Shown piece after piece: positions 17,552-27,108 of a DNA stretch of 38,045 nt (position 1 is its first letter; each line of letters starts with the position of its first letter). Source of the DNA: a bacterium (GTDB lineage Bacteria > Zhuqueibacterota > Zhuqueibacteria > Oceanimicrobiales > Oceanimicrobiaceae); the NCBI GenBank assembly GCA_037446635.1, contig JBBIIG010000032.1, positions 1 to 38,045 on the forward strand, given 5' to 3'. The position numbers and the translations under genes were made by a program. Below the pieces are notes generated by a model. It saw nothing but the letters and a program-made list of their open reading frames with translations, was not told the origin of the DNA and made no database searches.

Positions 17552-18949
17552 TCAAAATGCGCTATGCAATCGAAACAGCGGAATGATATCTTCGTTTGAG
17601 CGCCCCAAGTCCAGTCGCAGAATCATTTTGTTGTTCCAGTTCAGCCACACACCGGCGCCGGTCGTGGAGTGAAAATCGCTGAAATTAAATTCCGACCAGC
17701 GGCCCCAGACGCGTCCGCTATCGACGAAGCCGATGAAAATCAAATCGAACGAGTGTGACCAGAGTTGAAAGCTGCGAAATTTATAGCGCAGCTCGCTGAG
17801 GGTGAACAATTTGATTTTATCCTGAAAACGCCGGCTTTGAAATCCCCGCAGCGTGTGGCTGCCGCCGAGGACGTGGGTGTGGCGTTCGCCGGCGATTTCT
17901 CCCAGAGCATAGTAGGGCGCGTCTCCAGCCACCGCCTCAAAAGCGATGCGGTTGGCAAAGATCAATCGCCCGGAGCGCAAGGGAAGAAAATGCGCGTGAG
18001 AAAAAGTGTAACGATAAAATGCGACGCGGCGGGTGACGCGCGCGGCGCTGCCGGCCGTTGGCACGTCATCTTTCACCGCTGCAAAATTCGGCTCGAAAGA
18101 GAATTCTGCGAGAAATCCTTTGAGGGGAAAGACGTCGTCGCTGCGGGTGTCCCAACTGAGGCGAAAACTGAGATAACGGTTTGAACCCCCCAAATGTCCG
18201 AAGGGTCGATCTTGACCCAGAAACGAGGTAGCTGCTCCGGCCTTCAACTGCGGCTCCACCTGCTCAAAACCGATTCCAAGCCACAGAATAAAATTTGAAG
18301 CGAGTTGGCGCGTCCCGTGAATGACCAGCCGCGGGTGTTTTAAATTGTAAAGATAAAAATCTTCGTGGATGAAGTTGGCGCTGCCGGCATCCGTGAGCTG
18401 TTCGTTGTTGCGGCTGCCGTTGCCGATGCCGAAGTAGCGCGCTTCGAGATCGCGCTCCCACTCGCCGCGTACCCGCAGACCGAAGCGCGTGCCGCCGAGC
18501 TGCGGATATTCAAAAATGATTTTATGCTTGTGGCTGCCTTTGGTCGAGGCAATGATTTGCAGGGTGATTCGATAAAGGTACGGATTCGTTTGCCGGGAAT
18601 CGAGGCGCGAGTACAGGCCTAAATTCAGGCCCGTGCGAACATCATAATAGCCAATGGGCAACAGGCTGTAGCGGTGGGGATTGCCCAACAGTCGGGTGCT
18701 GCGTTCTTGAAATAGTTTGCGGGTGGCGTCGCCGATAAAACCACCTTCGTCTTCTTTTTCATTGGCATCTTTATCTTTATCGCTGTCGTTTTCGGTTTGC
18801 GCCTGTGCGAAATTGAAAGCAAATAAGAAAATCAATAACAGCGCCGGCAGCCGGCGGCGGACGGTTTTCTGAAAACAAATGCCGTAAAAACGCTCGCAAG
18901 ATTCCATTCTTTTTAATCCCAAAAGTAAGTCCGGCAGGGCAGAGGTCAC
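17552..18949 (-). CDS. BamA/TamA (Omp85) family outer-membrane beta-barrel without recognisable POTRA domains
   Basis: YFGIGN, WDTRSD..P.KG, LGGSHTLRGF..RF, SELRY, FVDSGRVW, terminal Phe; true start possibly downstream of the listed GTG. Confidence 0.85.
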   Translation of the reverse strand: MTSALPDLLLGLKRMESCERFYGICFQKTVRRRLPALLLIFLFAFNFAQAQTENDSDKDKDANEKEDEGGFIGDATRKLFQERSTRLLGNPHRYSLLPIGYYDVRTGLNLGLYSRLDSRQTNPYLYRITLQIIASTKGSHKHKIIFEYPQLGGTRFGLRVRGEWERDLEARYFGIGNGSRNNEQLTDAGSANFIHEDFYLYNLKHPRLVIHGTRQLASNFILWLGIGFEQVEPQLKAGAATSFLGQDRPFGHLGGSNRYLSFRLSWDTRSDDVFPLKGFLAEFSFEPNFAAVKDDVPTAGSAARVTRRVAFYRYTFSHAHFLPLRSGRLIFANRIAFEAVAGDAPYYALGEIAGERHTHVLGGSHTLRGFQSRRFQDKIKLFTLSELRYKFRSFQLWSHSFDLIFIGFVDSGRVWGRWSEFNFSDFHSTTGAGVWLNWNNKMILRLDLGRSNEDIIPLFRLHSAF

Positions 18950-19305
18950 GAAAATTGTTTTTTGCTGAGCAGCATGGCGTTGCCCAGCGGCAGAGCTCCG
19001 AAATTGTTTACAAATGAATTCAACAGATTTTGAAAGCGGGCCTCGGTATCGTGCGCCGGCATCCAGCGGATGACCAGCGCCTCGGCGTTGACTTCCAATC
19101 GCGGTAGAATTTCATGCAGAAATTTGAGCAAGCCGCTGCTGAGTTTGTTGGCGTAGCCGTAGTAGAACATCGCGCTTTTGCCGTTAGGATAGTCGAGCAG
19201 GCCGTCGCGGATTTTGATTTGAAACAGGCCGCTGTCAGAGGGGGCAGCCGCGTTGATGGCGTCGAGGGGTTTCCATTCACTAAAACGCATGATTGAATGT
19301 GCCAT
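18946..19305 (-). CDS. Hypothetical protein, degenerate GIY-YIG-like fold
   Basis: SGLFQI...FYYGYA.KL...F...FGALP.GN layout; adjacent to Omp85 gene. Confidence 0.6.
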   Translation of the reverse strand: MAHSIMRFSEWKPLDAINAAAPSDSGLFQIKIRDGLLDYPNGKSAMFYYGYANKLSSGLLKFLHEILPRLEVNAEALVIRWMPAHDTEARFQNLLNSFVNNFGALPLGNAMLLSKKQFS

Positions 19306-19344
19306 TAGTGGTTCATGCGAAGATAAACGCCGGCGCTCTAAAAG

Positions 19345-20217
19345 TCAACCTTGAATTCTGTTTTGTGAAAACAACAGGGGTTCAAACTGGCTATTTTTTA
19401 TCTGTAAAAATTCCGGCCATTTCATATCGAAGGCTGCGAGCTGCTTTGCTTTTTCCTCTTGTAGCCCCTGCTCAAACTTGTGGTAGGATTCGCGGCTGAA
19501 CAACTCGCTTTGCGCCTCCTGTAAAAACGCTTGCAGCGATTGAATGGCCATTTCAGCGTCGCGCCATTTGCCCAGCGCCTGGTGCAGCTCGCGCAGTTTG
19601 ACGTTGAGCGGCTCAAGTTCCTTTTTCTGAAAACAACCCAGCAGCACCTCCAGGGTGTAGCGCGCCGCCTTTGTGCTGATTCGTATTTGATGAAAATCAA
19701 CCGGCGCGCCGCCCGGCGGATTTTTGAGGTCGCGCGCTTTTTGCAGCAGGCCGTCGAGCTGGCTTTGCGTTTTGCCTTCAACGAAATCGGCGGGGAGATA
19801 CTGCAAATAATTTCGCAGCCGGGCCGCGTTGGCGTCGAAAACTTTGAAATCGAATTTCTTGGCCGCTGCTGAAAATTCTGGCCGCAGCGCCATTTCCTTT
19901 TGCTTCAAAAAATTGTAGTATTCGCTGAGATTGAGGTTGAGCTTTTTTGACCACGCTCGCGTCGTCTCCTGCTGCACGTGCGCGTCGCGCAGCGGGCCGG
20001 CAGCTTTGAACAGCGCGCGGATTTTTTTGAAATTTTTTTTGGCTTGAAAATTGGGATTGATGAATTCGATGAGTTCGAAAAAAGCGCGCAGGCGCTTGAT
20101 TTCCACCCGCAGCTCGTGCAGGGCCTCAACGTCGAAATAGTTGGCGGCAAGATCAAAATGGCGGCGAATTTTCTGGTGCAGCGCGTCGTAATGATCATAA
20201 AAGCAATCAGGAAACAT
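19345..20217 (-). CDS. CHAD-domain protein (polyphosphate-binding)
   Basis: EALHELRVEIKRLRA, G.LRDAHV, FHQIRISTK..RY, HQALG.WRD. Confidence 0.9.
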   Translation of the reverse strand: MFPDCFYDHYDALHQKIRRHFDLAANYFDVEALHELRVEIKRLRAFFELIEFINPNFQAKKNFKKIRALFKAAGPLRDAHVQQETTRAWSKKLNLNLSEYYNFLKQKEMALRPEFSAAAKKFDFKVFDANAARLRNYLQYLPADFVEGKTQSQLDGLLQKARDLKNPPGGAPVDFHQIRISTKAARYTLEVLLGCFQKKELEPLNVKLRELHQALGKWRDAEMAIQSLQAFLQEAQSELFSRESYHKFEQGLQEEKAKQLAAFDMKWPEFLQIKNSQFEPLLFSQNRIQG

Positions 20218-22333
20218 TCACAATGGCCTTTTTGTCTTTTCCGCGAAGCGGATCCGCCAAGCGGACAGGCAGGCGGGCCTGCGCAGGCAGGCGATCCGAG
20301 AGGAAATCGTAGAGCTTGTATTGCGAACGAATTTTCGGATGCGCCGGACGGTTGCGGAATTCGTTGCTGAGCTTGCGGTCGAGCACGCGGGCTTTGACGT
20401 TGTCCTGCCACTGAATGTCGAGAAAGGTCTGCAGCTCGCGTTGAATGGATTTGTCGTAAATCGGGCAAGTCACTTCCACGCGGCCGTCGAAGTTGCGGGT
20501 CATCCAGTCGCCAGAGGAGATGAAATATTTGGGCTCGCCGCCGTTGCCGAAAACATAGATGCGAGAATGTTCGAGAAATCGATCCACGATGCTAATGGCC
20601 TCGATGTTGTCGCTCAAGCCGGGGACGCCGGTCACCAGTGAAAACATGCTGCGCACAATGAGCTTGATTTTCACGCCGGCAGCGCTGGCTTTGTACAACT
20701 CCTGGCAAATTTTTGCATCCGCGAGGTTGTTCATTTTGAGAAAAATGAACGCCTCTTTGCCTGCCTGCGCATGTTTGATTTCGTTGCGAATCATGCGGAC
20801 AAATTTCTGGCGCATGTTGTACGGCGAGACGATCAAATGTTTGAATGCGGTGACTTTGTAATTGCTTTCGAAGAACTCGAAAATTCGATGCACCTCTTTG
20901 GTCAAGCGCTTGTCGGCGGTGAACAGAAAATGATCGCTGTAGAGTTTCGCGGTCACCTCGTTGAGGTTGCCGGTGCCGATGCAGGCGTAGTGCACTGCTT
21001 TGTTTTTTTCGCGGCGCGTGATCAAACACAATTTGGAATGCACCTTCAGTCCCGGCACGCCGTAAATCACCCGCACCCCTTCCTCCTGCATGTTGTTGGC
21101 GATGTAAATATTGGTCTCTTCGTCGAAGCGCGCCTGCAGCTCCACCACCACGGTCACCGACTTGCCATTTTTCACGGCGTTGATGAGCGCGTTCACCACG
21201 CTGGAATTTTTTGCCACGCGATAGAGGGTAATTTTGATGGCCGTCACTTTGGGATCGATCGAAGCCTCACGCAGCAGATCGATGAAATGATCGAAGGAGT
21301 GATATGGAAAGTGCAGGAGAAGATCGCGGTCGCGGATGGTGGCGAACAGACTCTTGTTGGGGTCGATGCCTTCGTGCGGCAAAAAAACTTGCGGCTCGTA
21401 GCGCAGCCGTTTGGCGCCCACCTCTGGAAAATTCATGAAGTCTTTGAAGTTGTGGTACTTGGCCCCGGGGATCATCGTGTCGTCCTGATTGACGCCAAGC
21501 TGCTTAGTAAGGAGCGCAATCAGCTCCGCGGGCATTTGTTCGTCATAAATCAGCCGCACCGGATTGCCGGCCTTGCGCTGTTTGACGCTTTTGGAAACTT
21601 TGCGGATGTAACTTTCGGACAAATCGTCGCCGAGATCCAGCTCGGCGTCGCGAGTCAGTTTGAAGGTGTAAGCGCCGCCGATGTCAAAATTGAAAACCGC
21701 GAAAATGTCGCGCAGGCCGTAGCGGATGACGTCGTCCAGCAGCATGATGGATTTTTTGTTGCCCAGCTCCGGCAGGATCAAAAACCGCGACAGCACGTCG
21801 GTGGGAATCTCAATCAGCGAATATTTTGATTTTTTAGGCTCGTCGTTCTTGGATAACACCACCGCCAGATAAATGGAGCGATCTTTCAGCGCTGGAAATT
21901 TCGTGGCGCTGTCGAGCATAATCGGGATCAGCTTGGGGCGCACTTCGCGGTGGAAATAACTTTTGACAAATTCGCCCTGCTGCGGGCTCAGTTGCGTTTC
22001 GTTGACGATGAAGATGTTTTCCGTGGCCAGCTCCGCGAGCAGGTTTTGATAGATCTGGTCGAAGCGTTCGTGCTGATCCAGCACGATGTTTTGGATGCGC
22101 TCTAAAATTTTTTGCGGATCCTGTCCCAGAATTTTTTTGCCGCGTTTCCCCAATTTTGAGAGTCGCTTCAAAGTCGCCACCCGCACGCGGAAGAACTCGT
22201 CGAGATTGGAGGAAAAGATTCCTAAAAACTTGATGCGCTCGATGAGCGGCGTCGTTGGGTCGGCTGCTTCCTGCAGCACTCTTTCGTTGAACGACAGCCA
22301 GCTCAGTTCCTTATTGCGTAATTTGATTTTCAT
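20207..22333 (-). CDS. ppk1: Polyphosphate kinase 1
   Basis: NKELSWLSFNERVLQEA, SNLDEFFRVRVA, LLHFPYHSF, ELQARFDEE, LKVHSK, GTGNLNE, DRFLEHSR, SGDWMTRN..RVE. Confidence 0.97.
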   Translation of the reverse strand: MKIKLRNKELSWLSFNERVLQEAADPTTPLIERIKFLGIFSSNLDEFFRVRVATLKRLSKLGKRGKKILGQDPQKILERIQNIVLDQHERFDQIYQNLLAELATENIFIVNETQLSPQQGEFVKSYFHREVRPKLIPIMLDSATKFPALKDRSIYLAVVLSKNDEPKKSKYSLIEIPTDVLSRFLILPELGNKKSIMLLDDVIRYGLRDIFAVFNFDIGGAYTFKLTRDAELDLGDDLSESYIRKVSKSVKQRKAGNPVRLIYDEQMPAELIALLTKQLGVNQDDTMIPGAKYHNFKDFMNFPEVGAKRLRYEPQVFLPHEGIDPNKSLFATIRDRDLLLHFPYHSFDHFIDLLREASIDPKVTAIKITLYRVAKNSSVVNALINAVKNGKSVTVVVELQARFDEETNIYIANNMQEEGVRVIYGVPGLKVHSKLCLITRREKNKAVHYACIGTGNLNEVTAKLYSDHFLFTADKRLTKEVHRIFEFFESNYKVTAFKHLIVSPYNMRQKFVRMIRNEIKHAQAGKEAFIFLKMNNLADAKICQELYKASAAGVKIKLIVRSMFSLVTGVPGLSDNIEAISIVDRFLEHSRIYVFGNGGEPKYFISSGDWMTRNFDGRVEVTCPIYDKSIQRELQTFLDIQWQDNVKARVLDRKLSNEFRNRPAHPKIRSQYKLYDFLSDRLPAQARLPVRLADPLRGKDKKAIVNVS
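20240..20292. repeat. Composite palindromic repeat inside the ppk1 3' end
   Basis: TCCGCGAAGCGGATCCGCCAAGCGGA + CAGGCAGGC + GG + GCCTGCGCAGGCAGGC; matches intergenic copy at 23653-23698. Confidence 0.8.
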
Positions 22334-23030
22334 ACTTTTGCGGCGAGTCGCCGCTCATTTTATATGCCTGCAATTCTTTCATAAACCGACGCGCCACCTT
22401 CGCGCTGAAATTTTGCAGCGACTTTGAACATTTTTGCGCGGCCGCGGCATCGATACTTTGCAAAATGCTGAATGTTTGCTGGTTAATTTTTTCTGCGAGG
22501 CGCTCAGTGATATTTTTCGCCGCGCTTGCCTTGGTGGATTTGTGCAGCGGAAACAAGAAAAAATTCAGCGCGCCCGCGCCTTTGGCGACATTTCGCCAGT
22601 ACTGCTTTTGAAACTTAATCGCGACGACGCCGCAGGTGGGAATGACTTCACTGAAACCGTCGATCAGGTAGTGCGCCAAATCTGCCAACGCCGGATTGTG
22701 GCCGAACAGCATCACTGCATGATAATTGTCATCCAGTTCCCGGATCAAACGCAGCATCGCGCGGACGCCGCTGGCGTCGTAAATTTCGTCTTTCAGCATG
22801 ATCTTTTGCACCGGGTAGCCGAGACCGTCCGCAAAAATATGCGCGGTGAGCAGCGCGCGGTTGGCGGGGCTGGAGATCATCAAATCAACAACGACGCCTT
22901 CATCTTTGAGTTTTGCCGCCAGATTGCGGGCGTCGTTCTCGCCGCGAGGAAGGAGCGCGCGCTCAAAATCCGGCAAGCCGAGATCGCGGCTCACTGCTTT
23001 GGCGTGTCGAACTAAATACAAAGTTTTCAT
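22311..23030 (-). CDS. sixA: SixA-like histidine phosphatase with C-terminal helical extension
   Basis: MKTLYLVRHAKA, DFERAL..RG, SSPANRA..TA, FGHNP, PTCG; start set at ATG 23030. Confidence 0.85.
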   Translation of the reverse strand: MKTLYLVRHAKAVSRDLGLPDFERALLPRGENDARNLAAKLKDEGVVVDLMISSPANRALLTAHIFADGLGYPVQKIMLKDEIYDASGVRAMLRLIRELDDNYHAVMLFGHNPALADLAHYLIDGFSEVIPTCGVVAIKFQKQYWRNVAKGAGALNFFLFPLHKSTKASAAKNITERLAEKINQQTFSILQSIDAAAAQKCSKSLQNFSAKVARRFMKELQAYKMSGDSPQKYENQITQ

Positions 23031-23160
23031 GGCGATCTCTTGGTGGTTAAAGAACATAAGTTGCGGCGCCATCTGGGCTGGAGTGATGGAGCACGGGAGT
23101 ATTGAATTTAATCATCCACAGGAATACTCAAATAAGCCATCACTTCATTACTCCATCCCC

Positions 23161-23601
23161 TCATCCTTTATGGAAGTCCTCCATTTGCTTCAGCATCACC
23201 CAAACCTGGTGATAGCGCGCCAGCCGTTCGACGTCTTTCGCCGACAATGTTGGCAAGCGCCGCAAGTCCATGTTATCTTCGAGGTCGGCCAGCTTGACTT
23301 TTCGGGCGATTGGATTGGGCTTCAAGCGCTCGATGTAAGTTAGATAATCTTCGCCCTCGCGGCGGGTCAGATGGTCAACTGCCTGTAAAACTACCGCCGA
23401 GAAGCCCTCTTTGCGCAGGTCGTCGAGGGTGCACGCGCTGTCTTCGATGACATCGTGCAGAACGGCGGCCATCTTTTCGTCGTCGGTGTTCATGCGCGCC
23501 ATGACGCGCAGCGGGTGAGAAATATACGGCGCGCCATAGCGATCCAGTTGTCCTTCATGAACCTGGGCAGCGATGCGGATGGCTTTGTCAAGCGTTGACA
23601 T
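23161..23601 (-). CDS. Small HD-domain protein (RelA/SpoT hydrolase-like)
   Basis: HEGQ.DR.G.PYI.HP.RV, AAVLHDVIED, VKLADLEDN. Confidence 0.88.
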   Translation of the reverse strand: MSTLDKAIRIAAQVHEGQLDRYGAPYISHPLRVMARMNTDDEKMAAVLHDVIEDSACTLDDLRKEGFSAVVLQAVDHLTRREGEDYLTYIERLKPNPIARKVKLADLEDNMDLRRLPTLSAKDVERLARYHQVWVMLKQMEDFHKG

Positions 23602-23640
23602 GAGCTTGGATTTGGATTAAAAAGAAGAACCTAAGGATGT

Positions 23641-23724
23641 AACCTCTGGTTTGCCTGCCTGCGTCCGCGAAGCGGATCCGCCCAGCGGACAGGTAGGCCA
23701 TCTCAAAGCGGAGCTTTGAGTTAC
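23641..23724. repeat. Facing pair of GTAA-type REP-like hairpins enclosing a GCCTGCCTGCG^CAGGTAGGC palindrome with a 26-bp double-hairpin insert (23664-23689)
   Basis: 23699-23724 is the exact reverse complement of 30623-30648; 23641-23654 is the reverse complement of 30687-30700. Confidence 0.8.
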
Positions 23725-23768
23725 ATTGATCCGTCAATCCATTATTCCAGCACTCCAGCTCTCCATTC

Positions 23769-25109
23769 TCAGAACTTCCTCATCACATCCTCACACAACT
23801 CATGGGCCTCTTTCTCTGTCGGCGCCTCGGCGATGATGCGGATGATCGGCTCGGTGTTCGAGGCGCGGATGTGCACCCACGACTTCGGCCGCACGATCTT
23901 GATACCGTCGGTGAAATCCAGTTTTTCGCTGTGATAAATTTTCTGAAGTTTTTTTAGCGCCGCAGCCGGCGACATTTCGCCCAACTCGATTTTGTTTTTC
24001 ACAATGACATAGTGCGGCAAACTCGCGCTCAGTGCGCTCAGGGTTCCGCCAAACTCCACGAGCTGCTGCAACACCAGCGCAATCCCAACCGGCGCGTCGC
24101 GGCCCAAATGCACGTCCGGCAGAATCACCCCGCCGTTGCCCTCGCCGCCAATCACCGCGCTCACTTCGCGCATCTTTTTGGCCACGTGGATCTCCCCCAC
24201 TTTGGTACGAATCACTTCCGCGCCGTAGCTTTTGGCCACGTCTTCTGTGATCAGCGAAGTGGAAGCGTTGATCACCACCGGGCCGCGCTTGCGGTTGAGG
24301 ACGTGCTTTACCGCGATAGCCAGCGTTTTTTCTTCGCCCAGCGGCTCGCCTTTTTCGGAGACCAACGCCAGCCGGTCGGAGTCCGGATCCACTGCCATTC
24401 CCAAATCGGCGCGTTCCTTTTTAACGGCATCGCACAGTTCGCTCAAATTTTCCGGCAGCGGCTCCGGATTGCGCGGGAAGAGTCCAGTGGGCTCGCAATT
24501 AATTTGCACCGTCTGGCATCCCAAATCGCTCAACAGCGCAGGCACAAGATTGCTGCCGGCGCCATTCACGCAATCCAACACAACCTTGAACTGCCGCCGC
24601 CTGATGGCCGACACATCGACATATTTCAAATTCAGAATTGCCTCGATGTGATCTTGAATGGCTCGGGAGTAGGGAAGCATCACCCCCAATTTTTCCCAAT
24701 TAACAAAGGGATGGCTTTTTTCCCGAGAAATTTTCACCACGCGTTCGCCCTGTTCGGCATCCAGAAACAGGCCGTCGGCGCCGATGAGCTTGAGGCCGTT
24801 CCACATAATAGGGTTGTGGCTGGCGGTGATCATGATGCCGCCGCGCGCCTCTAATTTTTCCACGGCGATCTGCGTGGTGGGAGTGGGGCACACGCCCACG
24901 TCAATGATGTCGCAGCCCACTGAAATGAGACCCGAAAGTACCGCGTGTTTAAACATCTCTCCAGATACCCGCGTATCCCTTCCCACCACCACTTTGCCGC
25001 CGCCCAAATAGATTCCAAAGGCCTCGGCAAAATTTATCACCACTTGCGGGGTCAAACCTTCGCCGACGACGCCGCGCACCCCGGAGACGCTGATCATAAG
25101 TTTGGACAA
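23769..25109 (-). CDS. glmM: Phosphoglucosamine mutase (phosphohexomutase family)
   Basis: SVSGVRG, GRDTR, TASHNP, DPDSDR, GGEGNGG, RASNTEP; TTG start after GGAG. Confidence 0.88.
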   Translation of the reverse strand: MSKLMISVSGVRGVVGEGLTPQVVINFAEAFGIYLGGGKVVVGRDTRVSGEMFKHAVLSGLISVGCDIIDVGVCPTPTTQIAVEKLEARGGIMITASHNPIMWNGLKLIGADGLFLDAEQGERVVKISREKSHPFVNWEKLGVMLPYSRAIQDHIEAILNLKYVDVSAIRRRQFKVVLDCVNGAGSNLVPALLSDLGCQTVQINCEPTGLFPRNPEPLPENLSELCDAVKKERADLGMAVDPDSDRLALVSEKGEPLGEEKTLAIAVKHVLNRKRGPVVINASTSLITEDVAKSYGAEVIRTKVGEIHVAKKMREVSAVIGGEGNGGVILPDVHLGRDAPVGIALVLQQLVEFGGTLSALSASLPHYVIVKNKIELGEMSPAAALKKLQKIYHSEKLDFTDGIKIVRPKSWVHIRASNTEPIIRIIAEAPTEKEAHELCEDVMRKF

Positions 25110-25174
25110 AATGAGCTACTCCTCAAGTTTGGAGTCAATAGTAAGAAATTTTCTGATGCAAAGCAAAAAAAATA

Positions 25175-25765
25175 TCACGGTGTCACACGCCGGCGGATTT
25201 CCGCCAACTCCTCGTGGGTGTTGATGTTCCACAGGATGCTTTCGTTTTCAATTTGAATTTCTTGGACCAGCTGGGCATGGCTGTGGATGATCTTGGCGGC
25301 GGTTTCCGTGACCGGCGCCGCGAGGATTTCGCTGAACAGCGCGCGCGGGAAGATGGTCGGGTGGCCGCGCCGGCCCGCAAAAGTGGGAATCACAATCTTT
25401 TGCGGCTCGCTCAAAAAAGCGTCTTTGATCGTTGAAAATACCTGTGCGCCAATTTGCGGCTGATCCACCAGCGCCAGGAAAACACCGGCGGTCTCGGGAG
25501 GTAAGATAGCCACCCCGGTTTGAAATGAAGAAAATTGTCCCAGCGAATAATTGTGGTTGATGACGAATCGCGCCGGAAGCGGTTGAACTTTTTCAAGAAT
25601 ATTGACGGCGTCGTGGCCGAGAACTACCACGAGCTTCTCGATGCCAGCGTCTCGAAAGTTGGCGACAATGGTTTCGAGAAACGTTTTCGCGCCGAAACGC
25701 GCGAGGGCTTTAGGTTCGCCCATGCGCCGGGATTCGCCGGCGGCTAAGATGATGGCAGCAAGCAT
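25175..25765 (-). CDS. Nucleotidyltransferase, MocA/molybdenum cofactor cytidylyltransferase-like
   Basis: IILAAGESRRMGEPKAL, GQFSS, LVDQP, RRGHP, NINT; start set at ATG 25765. Confidence 0.88.
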   Translation of the reverse strand: MLAAIILAAGESRRMGEPKALARFGAKTFLETIVANFRDAGIEKLVVVLGHDAVNILEKVQPLPARFVINHNYSLGQFSSFQTGVAILPPETAGVFLALVDQPQIGAQVFSTIKDAFLSEPQKIVIPTFAGRRGHPTIFPRALFSEILAAPVTETAAKIIHSHAQLVQEIQIENESILWNINTHEELAEIRRRVTP

Positions 25766-25845
25766 TTTTGACAAAATAAGTAAATCCAAAACTCAAATCA
25801 ACCGCGAACATCCGTTATTTTTTGCTGCGATACCGGCTTAAAGTA

Positions 25846-25874
25846 TTGACATTCCCATTGCTATGTAGTATATT
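25846..25874 (+). promoter_or_regulatory. Sigma70-type promoter
   Basis: TTGACA (25846-25851)-17 nt-TATATT (25869-25874) upstream of ATG 25910. Confidence 0.7.
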
Positions 25875-25909
25875 TGCATACATTTTTAGAACCAGAGAGA
25901 TTGCTTGAA

Positions 25910-26839
25910 ATGAAGACGTTTGTTGTTTTGCTTTTCCCCGCCATTTTAAATGCCTATTCCCCGACCGTTAACGATTCATCTCAAGCCAACGATCACAAAA
26001 TCGCTCAGGTAGTGAGAAGTGCGGTGCGCCAGGCCGACGCATCGATTTTAAATGTGAACGCCTTCAGCGCCTGGCGTGACTATCTTAAAATCGCCGCCCT
26101 GGATTTAGACCCCGTGCTGCAGCCGCTGCTGCTCATCAAATATGACGAAGATATCAGCTTTCGCAATCAGCTCAAAACCTTGATCGATTGGGAAGGTAAA
26201 TTTCAGAAGAAAGAAACAGAGAATTATCTCTACTATTATCGTTTGGATCAACCTCCCCCGGAGGTGATTTTGCAGATTCAAGACGCCCATTTCAACGAGC
26301 TGACAAGATTGTTCAAAATCAAAGCCACTGAAAAAATTCCCTATCGCTATGACCTGAACGCCGGCGAAGGCGCGGTTTATCCTTACAACGACCTGCGCGC
26401 CGGCGTGATCTCATCGCAACCCATCGACCTGGAAAAATGTGCGCTGGCGGTTTTCAATTTTATTAACTCGGAAACTATTTTCATCCTCAGGCCTTTGAGC
26501 AAAATTTACGGCAGCTATTTTCAGAACCTCGCCACGTCACAGGCTTATCAGGAAAAATGCTGGCGCGAAATAGAGCGCAGCGGTTACGTCGGCGCCGAGA
26601 CGCTGCTGCAACTTAAAAAATTGACCAACCTATCCAGTCCGGAATGGTTTTCATCCTATGCGTTTGTTTTCGAATTGAGCCAGGAATTTGGCGCGGCCAA
26701 GATCGCGCAGTTGTTGACGCGCATTGACGGCGAGACCTCGGTTGCAGAATTTCGCGCCGCCTTTCAAGATATTTTTGAAATCACTCTCTCCGAATTCGAA
26801 AAACGGTTTGTGGTGGAAAACAGCGACAAGAAGCTATAG
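25910..26839 (+). CDS. Hypothetical exported protein, weakly peptidase MA-like C-terminus
   Basis: Hydrophobic leader; SYAFV..L.QEFG..KI.QLL..F..AFQDIF.ITL.EFEK pattern; no HExxH. Confidence 0.65.
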   Translation: MKTFVVLLFPAILNAYSPTVNDSSQANDHKIAQVVRSAVRQADASILNVNAFSAWRDYLKIAALDLDPVLQPLLLIKYDEDISFRNQLKTLIDWEGKFQKKETENYLYYYRLDQPPPEVILQIQDAHFNELTRLFKIKATEKIPYRYDLNAGEGAVYPYNDLRAGVISSQPIDLEKCALAVFNFINSETIFILRPLSKIYGSYFQNLATSQAYQEKCWREIERSGYVGAETLLQLKKLTNLSSPEWFSSYAFVFELSQEFGAAKIAQLLTRIDGETSVAEFRAAFQDIFEITLSEFEKRFVVENSDKKL

Positions 26840-26976
26840 ACTTACCTCGCGAAATTCACGTGGATGCCGCCCGCCGGCCAAAACCTGGCGGCGGGCAGGC
26901 CAAGAGCGCAGGGATTCCACAAAAAACGGTACGGCTTTCTCAGGTTTCGGGACTACAAGTTTACAAAAATTTGTTT

Positions 26977-27043
26977 AACCGCAAAGAGCGCTAAAAATTT
27001 TTTTCTTGCGCCCCTTGGCCTTTTCTTGGCGAACTTTGCGGTT
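26977..27043. repeat. Second AACCGCAAAG...CTTTGCGGTT inverted repeat element
   Basis: Same 10-bp termini as 2432-2509. Confidence 0.7.
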
Positions 27044-27108
27044 GATTGGGTTTTTTGCCCGTGCAGGCTTTTTGCCGCGCGAGTCGTCACGGTTAAAGTG
27101 AGGGAGAG

